A stretch of DNA of 64,000 nucleotides from contig CAVZRV010000031.1 in the NCBI GenBank assembly GCA_963777605.1, positions 96,001-160,000 on the forward strand, in the 5' to 3' direction. Shown here one piece after another: positions 20,263 to 30,498 of this stretch (within the stretch, counting starts at the first letter, position 1; every line of letters begins with the position of its first letter). The notes beneath the pieces were generated by a model, which saw only the letters and a list, made by a program, of their open reading frames with translations, had not been told where the DNA came from and ran no database searches. This stretch comes from an uncultured Acidobacteriota bacterium (GTDB lineage: Bacteria; Acidobacteriota; UBA6911; RPQK01; JAPXNP01). A program made the position numbers and the translations under genes.

Positions 20263-21740
20263 TCGCGAAGCGCGAACCCGCCCATCAGGCTATCCGGGTG
20301 CCCGGCGGCAAACAACGAGGGAGATTCCAGTTGATGAGTCTGATGTTGCTTGCTGCGCTTTGTGTAAGCAGCGGCTGTGTTCCGTCCGGAGCAGGAGCAA
20401 GAGTGAGCGTTGTCGCTTTCGGGGCCGCCGGAGACGGGACGACCGACGATACCCTGGCGATCCAGAGGGCGCTTGCTGAGGCCGGGGCAATCTACTTTCC
20501 GCGCGGCACCTATCTGATCTCTCAGACCATCGACGTCCGTCTGGATACGCTCGGCCCAATCTCCATCTCGGGTGACGGGACCGCTCGGATTGTCATGGGC
20601 GGGGCCGGCCCGGCCTTCCGGATAACCGGCACCCATATAGGAACCGCCGCTCCGGCCACCGTGGCGCCCGAAGTGTGGAAAACGGAACGCACTCCAACGA
20701 TCGACGGAATCGAAATTGTCGGCCGGCATCCTGATTCGGGCGGCATCGAGCTTTCCGGAACGATGCAGGCGACGCTTACCCGCCTCGTGATCCGATCCGT
20801 CGGAACCGGAATCTATCTGACCCGCCGGAACCGGAATGTGATCATCTCAGAGTGCCACCTCTACGACAACCGGGGAGCCGGAATCCTCCTGGAAAATGTC
20901 AATCTCCATCAGATCAACGTCGTCAACTGTCATATCAGCTACAACCGGGGCGGCGGCGTGGTCGTCCGGAAAAGCGAGGTCCGGAATCTCCAGATTGGGT
21001 CATGCGACATCGAGGGAAACATGGATGCCGATTCCGACCCCGAAACCGCCAACGTGCTGATCGACGCGCGAAGTTCGTCGATTCGGGAAGCCGCAATAGA
21101 GGGCTGCACCCTTCAGCACTCAGGCGACCTTCCGACTGGGGCGAACGTCCGCCTGATCGGGGAAAGCCGGGACGTTGGCCAAAAAGTCGGCCACTTCGTC
21201 ATTGCCGACAACCTGATCTCGGACGTCGCCGTCAACATTCATCTCCAGTATGCCCGCGGCGTCAGCATCACCGGCAACAGCATCTGGCAGGGTTACCAGC
21301 ACAACCTGCTGGTGGAGGGTTCATCCCAGATTGTCGTCGGGCCGAACCTGTTCGACCGGAATCCCGATTACCGTCCCTACAAGAGCACCAACTCGATTCG
21401 GTTCGTCGACTCCGAGGACTGCACCCTGACCGCCCTTCACGTCACCGGCGTTCTTTCGGCGCCGGCAGCGATTGCCTTCGAGCGCTGTCGCTGGATCAAC
21501 TTGAGCGGCTGTTCCGTTCTCGACTCCGAGGGCGACGGGATTTCGTTTGACACCGTGGAGAACAGCCGAATATCCGACTGCTCCGTTCGGGCCAATTCGA
21601 AAGGGGAGACCTCTGGACGAGCGATTTCCGTGATCGGAGGGCAGAACAATCAGGTTGTGAACAACCTCTACTCCGGCCGACTTGCCATCGAGCCTGCCGC
21701 GGGAAAGGCCTCAGGCAACGTGAAGTCTCCACTGAATTGA
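20259..21740 (+). CDS. Right-handed parallel beta-helix protein (pectate-lyase-3/GH28-like N-terminus)
   Basis: FGAAGDGTTDDTLAIQRAL..IYFPRGTYLIS; repeated beta-helix coils (NVIISECH, INVVNCHI, VSITGNSI). Confidence 0.85.
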   Translation: MIAKREPAHQAIRVPGGKQRGRFQLMSLMLLAALCVSSGCVPSGAGARVSVVAFGAAGDGTTDDTLAIQRALAEAGAIYFPRGTYLISQTIDVRLDTLGPISISGDGTARIVMGGAGPAFRITGTHIGTAAPATVAPEVWKTERTPTIDGIEIVGRHPDSGGIELSGTMQATLTRLVIRSVGTGIYLTRRNRNVIISECHLYDNRGAGILLENVNLHQINVVNCHISYNRGGGVVVRKSEVRNLQIGSCDIEGNMDADSDPETANVLIDARSSSIREAAIEGCTLQHSGDLPTGANVRLIGESRDVGQKVGHFVIADNLISDVAVNIHLQYARGVSITGNSIWQGYQHNLLVEGSSQIVVGPNLFDRNPDYRPYKSTNSIRFVDSEDCTLTALHVTGVLSAPAAIAFERCRWINLSGCSVLDSEGDGISFDTVENSRISDCSVRANSKGETSGRAISVIGGQNNQVVNNLYSGRLAIEPAAGKASGNVKSPLN

Positions 21741-21787
21741 CTAAATGAACGAACCGGCAACACGCGAGTGTTCTGCCAGGAGGATCC

Positions 21788-22879
21788 ATGAGCCAGGAAA
21801 CGACCGTTTATCTGAATCCCGTTCAATTTGAGCGTCATCCTCAGAAACTGGTCTGCGCAGGGAAACTGGAAGCCTCCGTCTTCCGTTACGATTCGGGAGT
21901 TTCGGCGCTCCGGATGAAGAACGCAGCCGGCAGCATGACCACCCTGCCGTTTCAGGGTCAGCAGATTTGGGATCTGAACTTCCGGGGGCGCGACCTGACC
22001 ATGAAGTCGATGTTCAGCGAGCCAAAGCCGACTCGGGTCTACCTGGAGAACTATGGTGGATTCCTGCTTCACTGCGGAGCGATCGCCATGGGGGTCCCTT
22101 CCGCTCAGGACACGCACCCGCTGCACGGTGAATTGCCAAACGCCCCATATCATGAAGCGCGCCTCATCACCGGAGAAGATGACAGGGGTCGGTTTCTCTG
22201 CTTGACAGGTTCTTATCAGCACACCGTAGCATTCACATCCAACTACCTCGCTAAGCCGTTGATCAAATTCTGGGAGAACCGGAGCGAGATCCAAGTCTCG
22301 ATTTCAGTTCAGAACCTGATGAAATCCCCCATGGAACTGATGTATCTGGCCCACGTCAACTTCCGGCCGGTTGACAATGGACGACTCCTGTCCACTTCAC
22401 TTTGCACTCCTGAGCATTGCCGGGTCAGAAGCAGTCTGCCTCCGCAGCTGAGCCCTCCTGAAGGGTACCGAGAGTTTCTCAGCGAACTGGAACTCCACCC
22501 CGAAAAGCATACGGTCCTCGAGCCCGATCTCAGCTTCGACCCAGAAGTCGTCCTGTTTCTGGACTGTCTCCCGGACGCGGACGGATGGGCCCACAGTCTC
22601 CAGATCCACCCGGACGGCAGTTCCGACTTCATCAGCCACCGCCCCGCTCAACTCGGACACGGTATCCGCTGGATTTCACGAACCGGAGACCAGGACGCCC
22701 TTGGCCTCCTGTTGCCTGCCACGGCGGAACCGGAAGGCTACCTCGCCGAGAAGGGCAAGGGAAATCTGAAGGCGTTGGGTCCGGGTGAGGAGTTCCGTGC
22801 CGAGATGTTGATGGGAACGCTCGATCCTGAACCCACCCGGACGATGGAAGCAAAGGTCAAGAGAATCATCAGTTGCTGA
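21788..22879 (+). CDS. DUF4432 / aldose 1-epimerase-like protein
   Basis: LPFQGQQIW, GGFLLHCG, HPLHGELPN, MYLAHVNF, LPATAEPEGY. Confidence 0.8.
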   Translation: MSQETTVYLNPVQFERHPQKLVCAGKLEASVFRYDSGVSALRMKNAAGSMTTLPFQGQQIWDLNFRGRDLTMKSMFSEPKPTRVYLENYGGFLLHCGAIAMGVPSAQDTHPLHGELPNAPYHEARLITGEDDRGRFLCLTGSYQHTVAFTSNYLAKPLIKFWENRSEIQVSISVQNLMKSPMELMYLAHVNFRPVDNGRLLSTSLCTPEHCRVRSSLPPQLSPPEGYREFLSELELHPEKHTVLEPDLSFDPEVVLFLDCLPDADGWAHSLQIHPDGSSDFISHRPAQLGHGIRWISRTGDQDALGLLLPATAEPEGYLAEKGKGNLKALGPGEEFRAEMLMGTLDPEPTRTMEAKVKRIISC

Positions 22880-22969
22880 GGTTGCGATTCAGCCTCCTCC
22901 CGCTCAATCCGGATGGAGTAAGGATCGCTCGGAATGCGGGTCCCCCGCCGATCGCCGCGTAAATCTCGG

Positions 22970-25876
22970 TCACGGGACGGGAGGGCCATAGACGATCGGT
23001 GTCACGATTGCTCCGCAGTATTCAGAGTCGCAGTCAAATCGCAATTCATTTGCTCCGGTCCGAAGCGTAGGAACTCTTCCCAGGGGGCCCAGTTCCTCTT
23101 TCAGGTGTCCGTTTGCGTCGTATTGCCGGCAAAACCCGTTCTCGGAGAACTCCAGATACTCATCCTCATGGAGGCTCCCTGGAAACACGATCTTCTCACC
23201 ATTGACCGTCAGGCTGGGATTGACGAGCTCGTTCTCGAGCATCTGAATGGCTTTGACCGGACCCAAGTGGACTTCCACGGTCTTGCCGGCAGGAACGTCG
23301 TTGATGAAAAGACTGAACCGATCGATGTTATCCCAGCGGATCGGGCGAAGAGCGAATTTCCAGACATAAGGCCACTCATAATCCAAAACTCGGCTCCCTT
23401 CGTATCTCGGGACGAGCACATACCTCCAACCCGCGAAATCCAGATCGACGTAGAAGTCTTTGGGACGTTTTCCTGGTGTCTCGACGTGGAAGTTGAGAAG
23501 GGCGCCACTGGCATCTCCGTAAACCCAGGTTCCGATCATCCTGTGCTGAAGAAGGTTGAGTGCCGTTTCAAAAAAGATCGTCTGTGAGGCCCAGGAACTC
23601 GAGCGGTTAGTCGAATTGACAGCTTTCAGTTTTATGGATGGTGATGGAATGCCCGGTGGCGTCCGATCACTTGGACCAATAGTGGAGGTGAACGCCCCTC
23701 GCCTTTCCCCGCGGACCTGGCCCAAATCGGAAGCCCCCAGGAGGATGACGTTTCTGGCGTCGGAATAGTCTGCAGGCTTGGCGAGAGCTCTCATGCGGAC
23801 CGCCAGAGGCTGGTCGCGATACGGATTGCGATACACCCATTCACGGTCTGAAGATTGTTTCACGAACTGGCGCGGACCCGACCGAAGCCTTCTGAAGGTG
23901 ACGGGGTCATCCCTCTGCAACTGAAAGTCCTGATATGGAGCCCTGAGTTCCTCCTTCACGGACTGAGGAACGCTGCCCGTTTGCCGAAGCTTTTCATAGC
24001 GGCGAAGGACGCTGAGGATCTCGTCGGTCCGGCCATGCTGCCTCAGTATTGCCGTGCTGACCTGGAGGCCCAGCGGTTCGCTATAGGCCAGTGCCTTGAC
24101 ACAACCGTATTCGATTTCCTCAGGCAGCGTTGAATCAGTGTTCGGACCGTTCAGAAACACGCCGTACCATCCGAAGTCACCCGGCATGAAGTTCTTCTGA
24201 TAAAGCCTGATATTGTCCATCCGCAAGACTTCCAGGAACGATCGGACCCCAGCCACGGCAGCGTCATTGGATGCCATCCTGGAAAGGAAGTGCCAGGACA
24301 TGTTGTCCGTCTTGCTTGCCTGGAGGATGATGTCGTGATTCAGCTTCCTGTACACCGCATCGAAGAACCGGTTCATGAAATAAAAGCGTGGGCCCTGCGC
24401 CTCGACAAATTCCGCGCCGTCAAAGTACAGGAGGTCAAAACCACATCGATTGACTGCGTTTGCGATACCCGTTGTCACTTCCTCGAGCATCGAGCTTTCC
24501 TGGTTGACGACAAAGTAATTCCAGCGCTCTCCAAGGTGGTAGATCGGGCTTCCCTTCTTGTGACTTGCGGAGCGAGTCCCGAACACGCCTCTCTTACAGT
24601 TTCTAAACCGATATGGTGCCTCGGAGGCGAAGTCACCATACTCGATGATTTCATCGTCAATCTGGAGATGAAGGCCCGGGTTTCCGCTGTTCAGTTCGTA
24701 GGTGTATCTGGTCCTCAGGCCCTTGTCTGCCGGGTTGGTCAGGGTGGGGATCTCTCCTGTTTCCGGATCGATGTCCATTGCGAGATCAAACGTGTTCTCC
24801 TTCACAAGGCGGCGGTCGGGGACCGGAGTCACATATCGGTCATCGTGGCTGACGCCGGCCGTCATGAGGTGAGTACCGGCCCTTAGTCCGGCAGCATGGA
24901 TCTTGGCTACACTCCCGCAAAGGCCATCGAATCCGCTTGGAAACCTACTCCGATCCACGTCGAAATGGCCCGAGGTCGTCGCCGGGAAGGAGGAGAGGAT
25001 ACAGCCGAATCCCCCCTGGAGAGCATACTCGATCACTTCTTCCACGTTTGCTTCATCGTAATCAATGAAGATGTAGGGTTTCTCGACCTCAGGCGACTGC
25101 TTGCCCCAGACACCATCGATCATCGGATGCGGCAACCCCTGGTCGAGTTCGAGTCGCGCCAGAGTCTCCATCAGGCGGGTTCCGGGACAAGTAACCAGGG
25201 CAACCCGAGCGCCCGTGGTCTCGATCGAACGATAAAGAGTCGCGGTCAGAATACGGGAGTCTCCAGGAGTGCCCACCCGCTGCCTGGCCATCTCCATGAA
25301 ATTGAATTCGTAGAGAGAGCGGCCCTGGCGGTCGCGAGGGAAGGACTCGACACCGAATGACAGGGCTTGGACTCCAACGGCCAGATCATCGTTGTAGACG
25401 GCATTGAGGATCTCACCGAAATGTTCACGAATGCTCAACCCCAGATTGACGATGCGGAACTTCTCAAAGTCACCGCTGACCTGAATCAATTCCAGGATAA
25501 TCCACTCTTCTGATGGGACAAGTGTGAATTCCGCTTCAACGCCTGCAGAGCCGAATTTCACCTTCATGCGGTTTCCTTCCAAGCCGACCGATGTGCTGCC
25601 GTAAGTTCGGCCGTTCCGGGAGACATTCATAAAGTCGATCGGGTCACTGGAGTTGAGATAGTCCTCCCCCGTGGCCTTCGAAATGAAGGCCCTGTTTCGT
25701 CCGTTTCTGCTCACGATGAGTCTCGCATAGGCGGTTTCAACAACCACGACCTCCGCGTCCTGGTAAAGAGAAGGACCCACCGATCCACACGATCCGGTCC
25801 AGATCGAGAACCCAAGCAAAATTGCTGCGGCAGGAATGAGCCGGCTGGTCTCCGTTAAATCGGCACCGATACGCAT
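22970..25876 (-). CDS. Large secreted glycosidase-like protein, unclassified (family B, copy 1)
   Basis: Signal/lipobox; RFPSG..IHAAGLRAGTH, FDLLYFDG; colinear with 25982-28864. Confidence 0.6.
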   Translation of the reverse strand: MRIGADLTETSRLIPAAAILLGFSIWTGSCGSVGPSLYQDAEVVVVETAYARLIVSRNGRNRAFISKATGEDYLNSSDPIDFMNVSRNGRTYGSTSVGLEGNRMKVKFGSAGVEAEFTLVPSEEWIILELIQVSGDFEKFRIVNLGLSIREHFGEILNAVYNDDLAVGVQALSFGVESFPRDRQGRSLYEFNFMEMARQRVGTPGDSRILTATLYRSIETTGARVALVTCPGTRLMETLARLELDQGLPHPMIDGVWGKQSPEVEKPYIFIDYDEANVEEVIEYALQGGFGCILSSFPATTSGHFDVDRSRFPSGFDGLCGSVAKIHAAGLRAGTHLMTAGVSHDDRYVTPVPDRRLVKENTFDLAMDIDPETGEIPTLTNPADKGLRTRYTYELNSGNPGLHLQIDDEIIEYGDFASEAPYRFRNCKRGVFGTRSASHKKGSPIYHLGERWNYFVVNQESSMLEEVTTGIANAVNRCGFDLLYFDGAEFVEAQGPRFYFMNRFFDAVYRKLNHDIILQASKTDNMSWHFLSRMASNDAAVAGVRSFLEVLRMDNIRLYQKNFMPGDFGWYGVFLNGPNTDSTLPEEIEYGCVKALAYSEPLGLQVSTAILRQHGRTDEILSVLRRYEKLRQTGSVPQSVKEELRAPYQDFQLQRDDPVTFRRLRSGPRQFVKQSSDREWVYRNPYRDQPLAVRMRALAKPADYSDARNVILLGASDLGQVRGERRGAFTSTIGPSDRTPPGIPSPSIKLKAVNSTNRSSSWASQTIFFETALNLLQHRMIGTWVYGDASGALLNFHVETPGKRPKDFYVDLDFAGWRYVLVPRYEGSRVLDYEWPYVWKFALRPIRWDNIDRFSLFINDVPAGKTVEVHLGPVKAIQMLENELVNPSLTVNGEKIVFPGSLHEDEYLEFSENGFCRQYDANGHLKEELGPLGRVPTLRTGANELRFDCDSEYCGAIVTPIVYGPPVP

Positions 25877-25981
25877 TAGCTACCTCCAAATGACGGGGAT
25901 CAGTCAGTCAACCGGGTCTCCACCTCGACGTTCTGGACCGTCGAGGCAGATCAACCGGTGGGATCTAAGGCGCAGCGGCCG

Positions 25982-28864
25982 TCAATGATCGCTGATCGCG
26001 TCGCCCATCGTGATGATCTCAACGCGTACCTGCTCCCGTGCCCCGGTGTATGAATCGCTTCGATATTCGACCCGATTGGCTCCCGACCGCAGGGTCGGAA
26101 GAGGGACGCCCACAACTTTCCGGGTCAACAGGTGCCCGTCCTGGTCGTAATGGTTGAACTCGCTTCCATCCCATAACTCAAGATACTGATTGGTTTCGAG
26201 CGTCACGGGCAGTTCGACTTCCTCGCCGTTCACCGAAAGTCGCGGGTTCGTTATCATGGTGCCCCTCTCCCGCAACGCCTCAACCCGGCCAATCAGGCAA
26301 TTGACCCGCGTCCCAGGCGGGACGTCGGTCACAAACAGGCTCAATGAGACGACCGACGAATAATCAAAGCTTCTCAGACTCATCAACTCGTAGCCGGGAA
26401 ACGGATACCGGAGAACATCTCCACCTGTCGGCTCAGGAAACTCACAATACTTCCATCCTTCAAAATCCAGGTGCAGAAGGTGATCTCTGGCAAATCGCCC
26501 GTCGTTCAGCCTGATGTCGAGCACGGCTCCGCTGCGGTCGCCGTAGACCCAGAGACCGATTGCCCGGTTCCGTTCTAAATCGAGGGGCACCGCTAAAGTC
26601 GTGGACTGAAACATCCACGAACTCGGGCTGGCGGAAGGGTTCTCGGTACGAAGCCGCCACAACGCCTCCCGGGAATCCACTGGTTTCGCCACCTCCTCGA
26701 CCGAGAGAGCTACCCCCGGGACCATCGATTCGCCGGTCCACTGGTCGCTGCTGCCCCGTCCCAGCAAGACAATGTTCTCCTGGTCGCCATAGTCCGCGGG
26801 TGAAGGACGGGCCTTGACCCGCATCTTGAGGGCTTGAGGCGGGTACTCATTCTGGTAGGTCCACACGTTGTCGGCGCCGTCCTGCTGTCCCACACGCCTG
26901 GCCGGACCATACCGGACCGGATGCATTCCCCACCCGCCGGTAGAATCCTTCCGTAGCGTGAAGTCCTGGTTCGGCGTCCGAAGCCGCTGTCTCACTTTCT
27001 CAGAGAAATAGTGCTCCAATCTCAGTTGCTCGTACACCTTCGCAAGCGACAGGCACTCGTCGGTGCGCCCGTTCCCGTCCAGAACCCGCATCCTGGTCTC
27101 GAGAGACCAGGGGACATCCCATCCCACCGTCTTCGCCAGGACGTATTCGATCACGTCGGGCGTCGTAGACTCAGATGAATCGGTCTCCAGGAAGAACCCG
27201 TGCCAGCCCAGTTCCGCAGGAAGTAGACTGTTTATCGCGTTTGGCAACCGCTGGCTGCAATGATGATCCACCCATCGTTTCGGATCCAGAACCGCGAAGT
27301 CGATCGTGTAAAGCCGCGAGAAGTCGTGCCAATTGAAGTGGGCGAGATTGCTTCCCTGGACGAGAACCTCCCGTTCAAAGCGCTTTGTCGTTTCATGCAC
27401 CATCTTTCCGACGTAGTAGAAGAAGGGTCCGTTGACCTCCACGCCATCGAGACCGTCAAAATAGATCATGTCGAAGCCGACTTCATTGATGATGTCCGCC
27501 ACATTTGAAGCGACTTCTTCGAGCATGCTGCTGTTCCCATCCACCGCGAACCGATCCCAGCGCTGTGCCAGGTGGTAGACTGGCGCACCTTTCTCGTGGA
27601 CCGCCGCCCTGGTCCCGTAAGCGCCCCTGACACAATTCGTCAGGGCAAATGGAGCGTCGGTCGCCAGACCGCCGTAGGCGATCACCTCGTCGTCGATGAC
27701 TACGCTGACACCTCTTCCGAATCCGTGCTCCTCCTCTTCCGGCAGACCGCGGGGAGTCCGAGTCACCGGAATCGTCACTTCATTCTCGGAGATATCCCGG
27801 GCAAGGATTCGCATGTCGTCTTTGGCAAGTCGAGGATCGGGCACAGGGGTCAAATAAGCGTCGTTCCTGCTGATACAGCCCGAGAGGATGTGCGCGCCGC
27901 CTTTCAGTCCGGCCTGATGAATCTTGTCCATCGTGGACTTGAGGCCCGTGTAGCCGCCGGGAAAATTATCCCCGTTCACCTGGTACTTTCCATCGCTCGT
28001 CGCCCAAGTCCCTCCGTAGTTGAGAATGTACCCGAACCCTCCCTGCTGAGCCCTTCTGATCACGTGCTCGACATTCTCTTCGGTGTAGTCCACAAAGAGG
28101 TATGACTTTCTGACGTCCTGGGAAACCTTGCCCCACTCTCCGCCCAGCGTCGGATGCGGAAGTCCCTGTTCGGTCTCGAGAATTCCCAGGAAGTTCAGCA
28201 GTTGATCAGCCGGACCAGCCACGATCGCAATCTTCGCTCCGACAAGACCGAATCGTGGATAGCAGCTCGACCGAAATGCGGCGGGCTCATAACGAACCGT
28301 GCGACTGTCGGCGATCAGACTCAACGAGGGCAGGGCGACCCCAAAATCCTGATTGCGGCAGACATTGATCGTCTGACTATGCTCCCGGATTTCCTGGACT
28401 CGAGCCACCCGTTGGGAGATCGTCAGCGGCAAATCGACAATCACCAGTTCATCGATCATCGTCTGGTTGACTGAAATCACCTCAACCGTGATGTACTGCG
28501 GCATCACCGCAACTCGCACAACGGCTTCCAACCCGGAACCTCCGAATTTGACGCGGAGATACTCTCCCTCCCTGGTCAATTCCGTCGAAGGGTATTCGAC
28601 GCGACCCCGCCTTGCGGTCATAAAGCTGGTTGGACTGGAATGATCCAGGTAATCCACGGCACTTCTGACATCAAAGAAGCCAAGAGTCTGCCCGTCACGT
28701 GACACGACGAGCCGGGCGTAGGCGGTATCGAGAATAATCTGGCGCCCCTCGTCCCGAATCGCTGGCCCCGGAGCGGCGCCGTGGAGTCCGGACAAAGACA
28801 ATCCCGCTGAAACAAGGGCAACCGTCAGCGGAACACAACGGCCGAGAAACCGGGTCCGTAACAT
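25982..28864 (-). CDS. Large secreted glycosidase-like protein, unclassified (family B, copy 2)
   Basis: Signal peptide; NFPGG..IHQAGLKGGAH, YLTPVPDPRL, FDMIYFDG, IGLWVYGD.SGA.L. Confidence 0.6.
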   Translation of the reverse strand: MLRTRFLGRCVPLTVALVSAGLSLSGLHGAAPGPAIRDEGRQIILDTAYARLVVSRDGQTLGFFDVRSAVDYLDHSSPTSFMTARRGRVEYPSTELTREGEYLRVKFGGSGLEAVVRVAVMPQYITVEVISVNQTMIDELVIVDLPLTISQRVARVQEIREHSQTINVCRNQDFGVALPSLSLIADSRTVRYEPAAFRSSCYPRFGLVGAKIAIVAGPADQLLNFLGILETEQGLPHPTLGGEWGKVSQDVRKSYLFVDYTEENVEHVIRRAQQGGFGYILNYGGTWATSDGKYQVNGDNFPGGYTGLKSTMDKIHQAGLKGGAHILSGCISRNDAYLTPVPDPRLAKDDMRILARDISENEVTIPVTRTPRGLPEEEEHGFGRGVSVVIDDEVIAYGGLATDAPFALTNCVRGAYGTRAAVHEKGAPVYHLAQRWDRFAVDGNSSMLEEVASNVADIINEVGFDMIYFDGLDGVEVNGPFFYYVGKMVHETTKRFEREVLVQGSNLAHFNWHDFSRLYTIDFAVLDPKRWVDHHCSQRLPNAINSLLPAELGWHGFFLETDSSESTTPDVIEYVLAKTVGWDVPWSLETRMRVLDGNGRTDECLSLAKVYEQLRLEHYFSEKVRQRLRTPNQDFTLRKDSTGGWGMHPVRYGPARRVGQQDGADNVWTYQNEYPPQALKMRVKARPSPADYGDQENIVLLGRGSSDQWTGESMVPGVALSVEEVAKPVDSREALWRLRTENPSASPSSWMFQSTTLAVPLDLERNRAIGLWVYGDRSGAVLDIRLNDGRFARDHLLHLDFEGWKYCEFPEPTGGDVLRYPFPGYELMSLRSFDYSSVVSLSLFVTDVPPGTRVNCLIGRVEALRERGTMITNPRLSVNGEEVELPVTLETNQYLELWDGSEFNHYDQDGHLLTRKVVGVPLPTLRSGANRVEYRSDSYTGAREQVRVEIITMGDAISDH

Positions 28865-28991
28865 AAGCCACCTCCTTGCTGGTGAAAGCGTCGACCTTTC
28901 TTTTCTTGAATTAGAACGCTATCCAGATTTGCTTCCATTTTTCAGACAGGAAAAACAGTCAGTCCGCAGTGAACTGCCACGGTCACTTTGA

Positions 28992-30470
28992 CTATGGCGA
29001 AGTCCCAACCGGCCGGACGTTCTCTCCGGCCCGACCGGTCGCTGCGTCACCTAAATCGCGTCGGGCATCGTCTACCAGTCCGAGCAGTCTTTCAACGACT
29101 TCCGGGTGCCGATCCGCCACGTCGACCGTCTCACCGACATCGTGATCCAGATCGTAAAGGAGGGGGCGGTGCAGGCCGTCCGCGCCCCACTCCGGCCGGT
29201 AAACGTGCAACTTCCAGGCCCCGCTTCGAACTGCCTGCAGGCGGTCATCCCGGTAATAGAAGAATGCCTTGTGGGGCGACACCGCCCCCGGTTCCCCAAA
29301 GATCAAACTTCGGATGTCCTTCCCATCCAGAATCCGGTTCTTCGGGAGTTCGGCCCCGACAATCGCAGCAATCGTGGGAAGAAGATCCATGGAAGTGACC
29401 AGCTCACCGGAAATCGATCCTTCGGGGATGCGGCCGGGCCACGACATAATGCAGGGCTCCCGCATGCCTCCATCCCAGGTCGTGTTCTTTTGACCTCGCA
29501 GGGGACCCGCAGAGCCGGGCCGGTGGCCCAGTTTCTCCCTGGGCAATATTACGGGGCCATTGTCCGACGTGAAGATGATCAGAGTCTTGTCTTCGATTCC
29601 CAGTTCCTGTAGCGTCGAGACAATCTTGCCTACGGACCAATCGAGTTCTTCGATCACGTCTCCGTAGAGTCCATACTCCGATCGGCCTTTGAATGGGGGC
29701 GACGCATCGATCGGCAGGTGGGGCATGCTGTGGGCGAGGTAGAGGAAGAATCGCGAACTTCTATTTTGCCTGATGAAGTTGACGCTTTCGTCGGTGTAGC
29801 GTCTCGTCAGTGACGCCTGGGCAGGGCTTTCCTCGACCTTCTTTTCATTGCGGAAGATCGGCAACGGAGGCGAAACGTAGTTTCGATCCCTGTAGTGAAA
29901 GTTCCCCATGTCGTTGGAGTAGGGGATCCCATAGAAATAGTCGAAACCCTGGCGAGTCGGGAGAAACTTGGGCAGGTGCCCGAGGTGCCATTTGCCGATG
30001 GCGGCCGTCGCATACCCCCGTTGCTTCAGGACTTCTGCAATCGTCACTTCGTCCGGGTTGAGCCCCGTCGTTGAATCGGGAAACAGAACCCGGTACGCCA
30101 GACCGACCCGTTTCGGATAGGACCCGGTCATCAACGCAGCACGGGAAGGGGTACACACCGGGGCGGCCACGTAGAAATCGTTGAATCGTATCCCGTGTCC
30201 GGCGAGCCGGTCGAGGTTCGGAGTCGAGAATCCGACGGCGCCGTAGATTCCGAGATCACCGTAGCCCTGATCGTCCGTGAAGATGATAATGATGTTCGGC
30301 AGGTCTCCTCCAGCCGGGACTTCCGATCCAGCGAACGTCACCCGCGCATCCTGAATTCCCCCGGGTCCGGCCTCTGCAGCAACAGCCGCCCATTTCAGCA
30401 GCACGGCAGCAAGCAGCACGGCGAGTATGGAACCCGGCGATCGTCCGATGCCCACCGTCGTCATCCGCAT
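28992..30470 (-). CDS. Arylsulfatase A-like sulfatase (Cys-type), secreted
   Basis: PNIIIIFTDDQGYGD, CTPSRAALMTG, GKWHLG, FTSDNG. Confidence 0.94.
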   Translation of the reverse strand: MRMTTVGIGRSPGSILAVLLAAVLLKWAAVAAEAGPGGIQDARVTFAGSEVPAGGDLPNIIIIFTDDQGYGDLGIYGAVGFSTPNLDRLAGHGIRFNDFYVAAPVCTPSRAALMTGSYPKRVGLAYRVLFPDSTTGLNPDEVTIAEVLKQRGYATAAIGKWHLGHLPKFLPTRQGFDYFYGIPYSNDMGNFHYRDRNYVSPPLPIFRNEKKVEESPAQASLTRRYTDESVNFIRQNRSSRFFLYLAHSMPHLPIDASPPFKGRSEYGLYGDVIEELDWSVGKIVSTLQELGIEDKTLIIFTSDNGPVILPREKLGHRPGSAGPLRGQKNTTWDGGMREPCIMSWPGRIPEGSISGELVTSMDLLPTIAAIVGAELPKNRILDGKDIRSLIFGEPGAVSPHKAFFYYRDDRLQAVRSGAWKLHVYRPEWGADGLHRPLLYDLDHDVGETVDVADRHPEVVERLLGLVDDARRDLGDAATGRAGENVRPVGTSP

Positions 30471-30498
30471 CCTGGAATCCTGTCCCGGTTGGGCGGGC

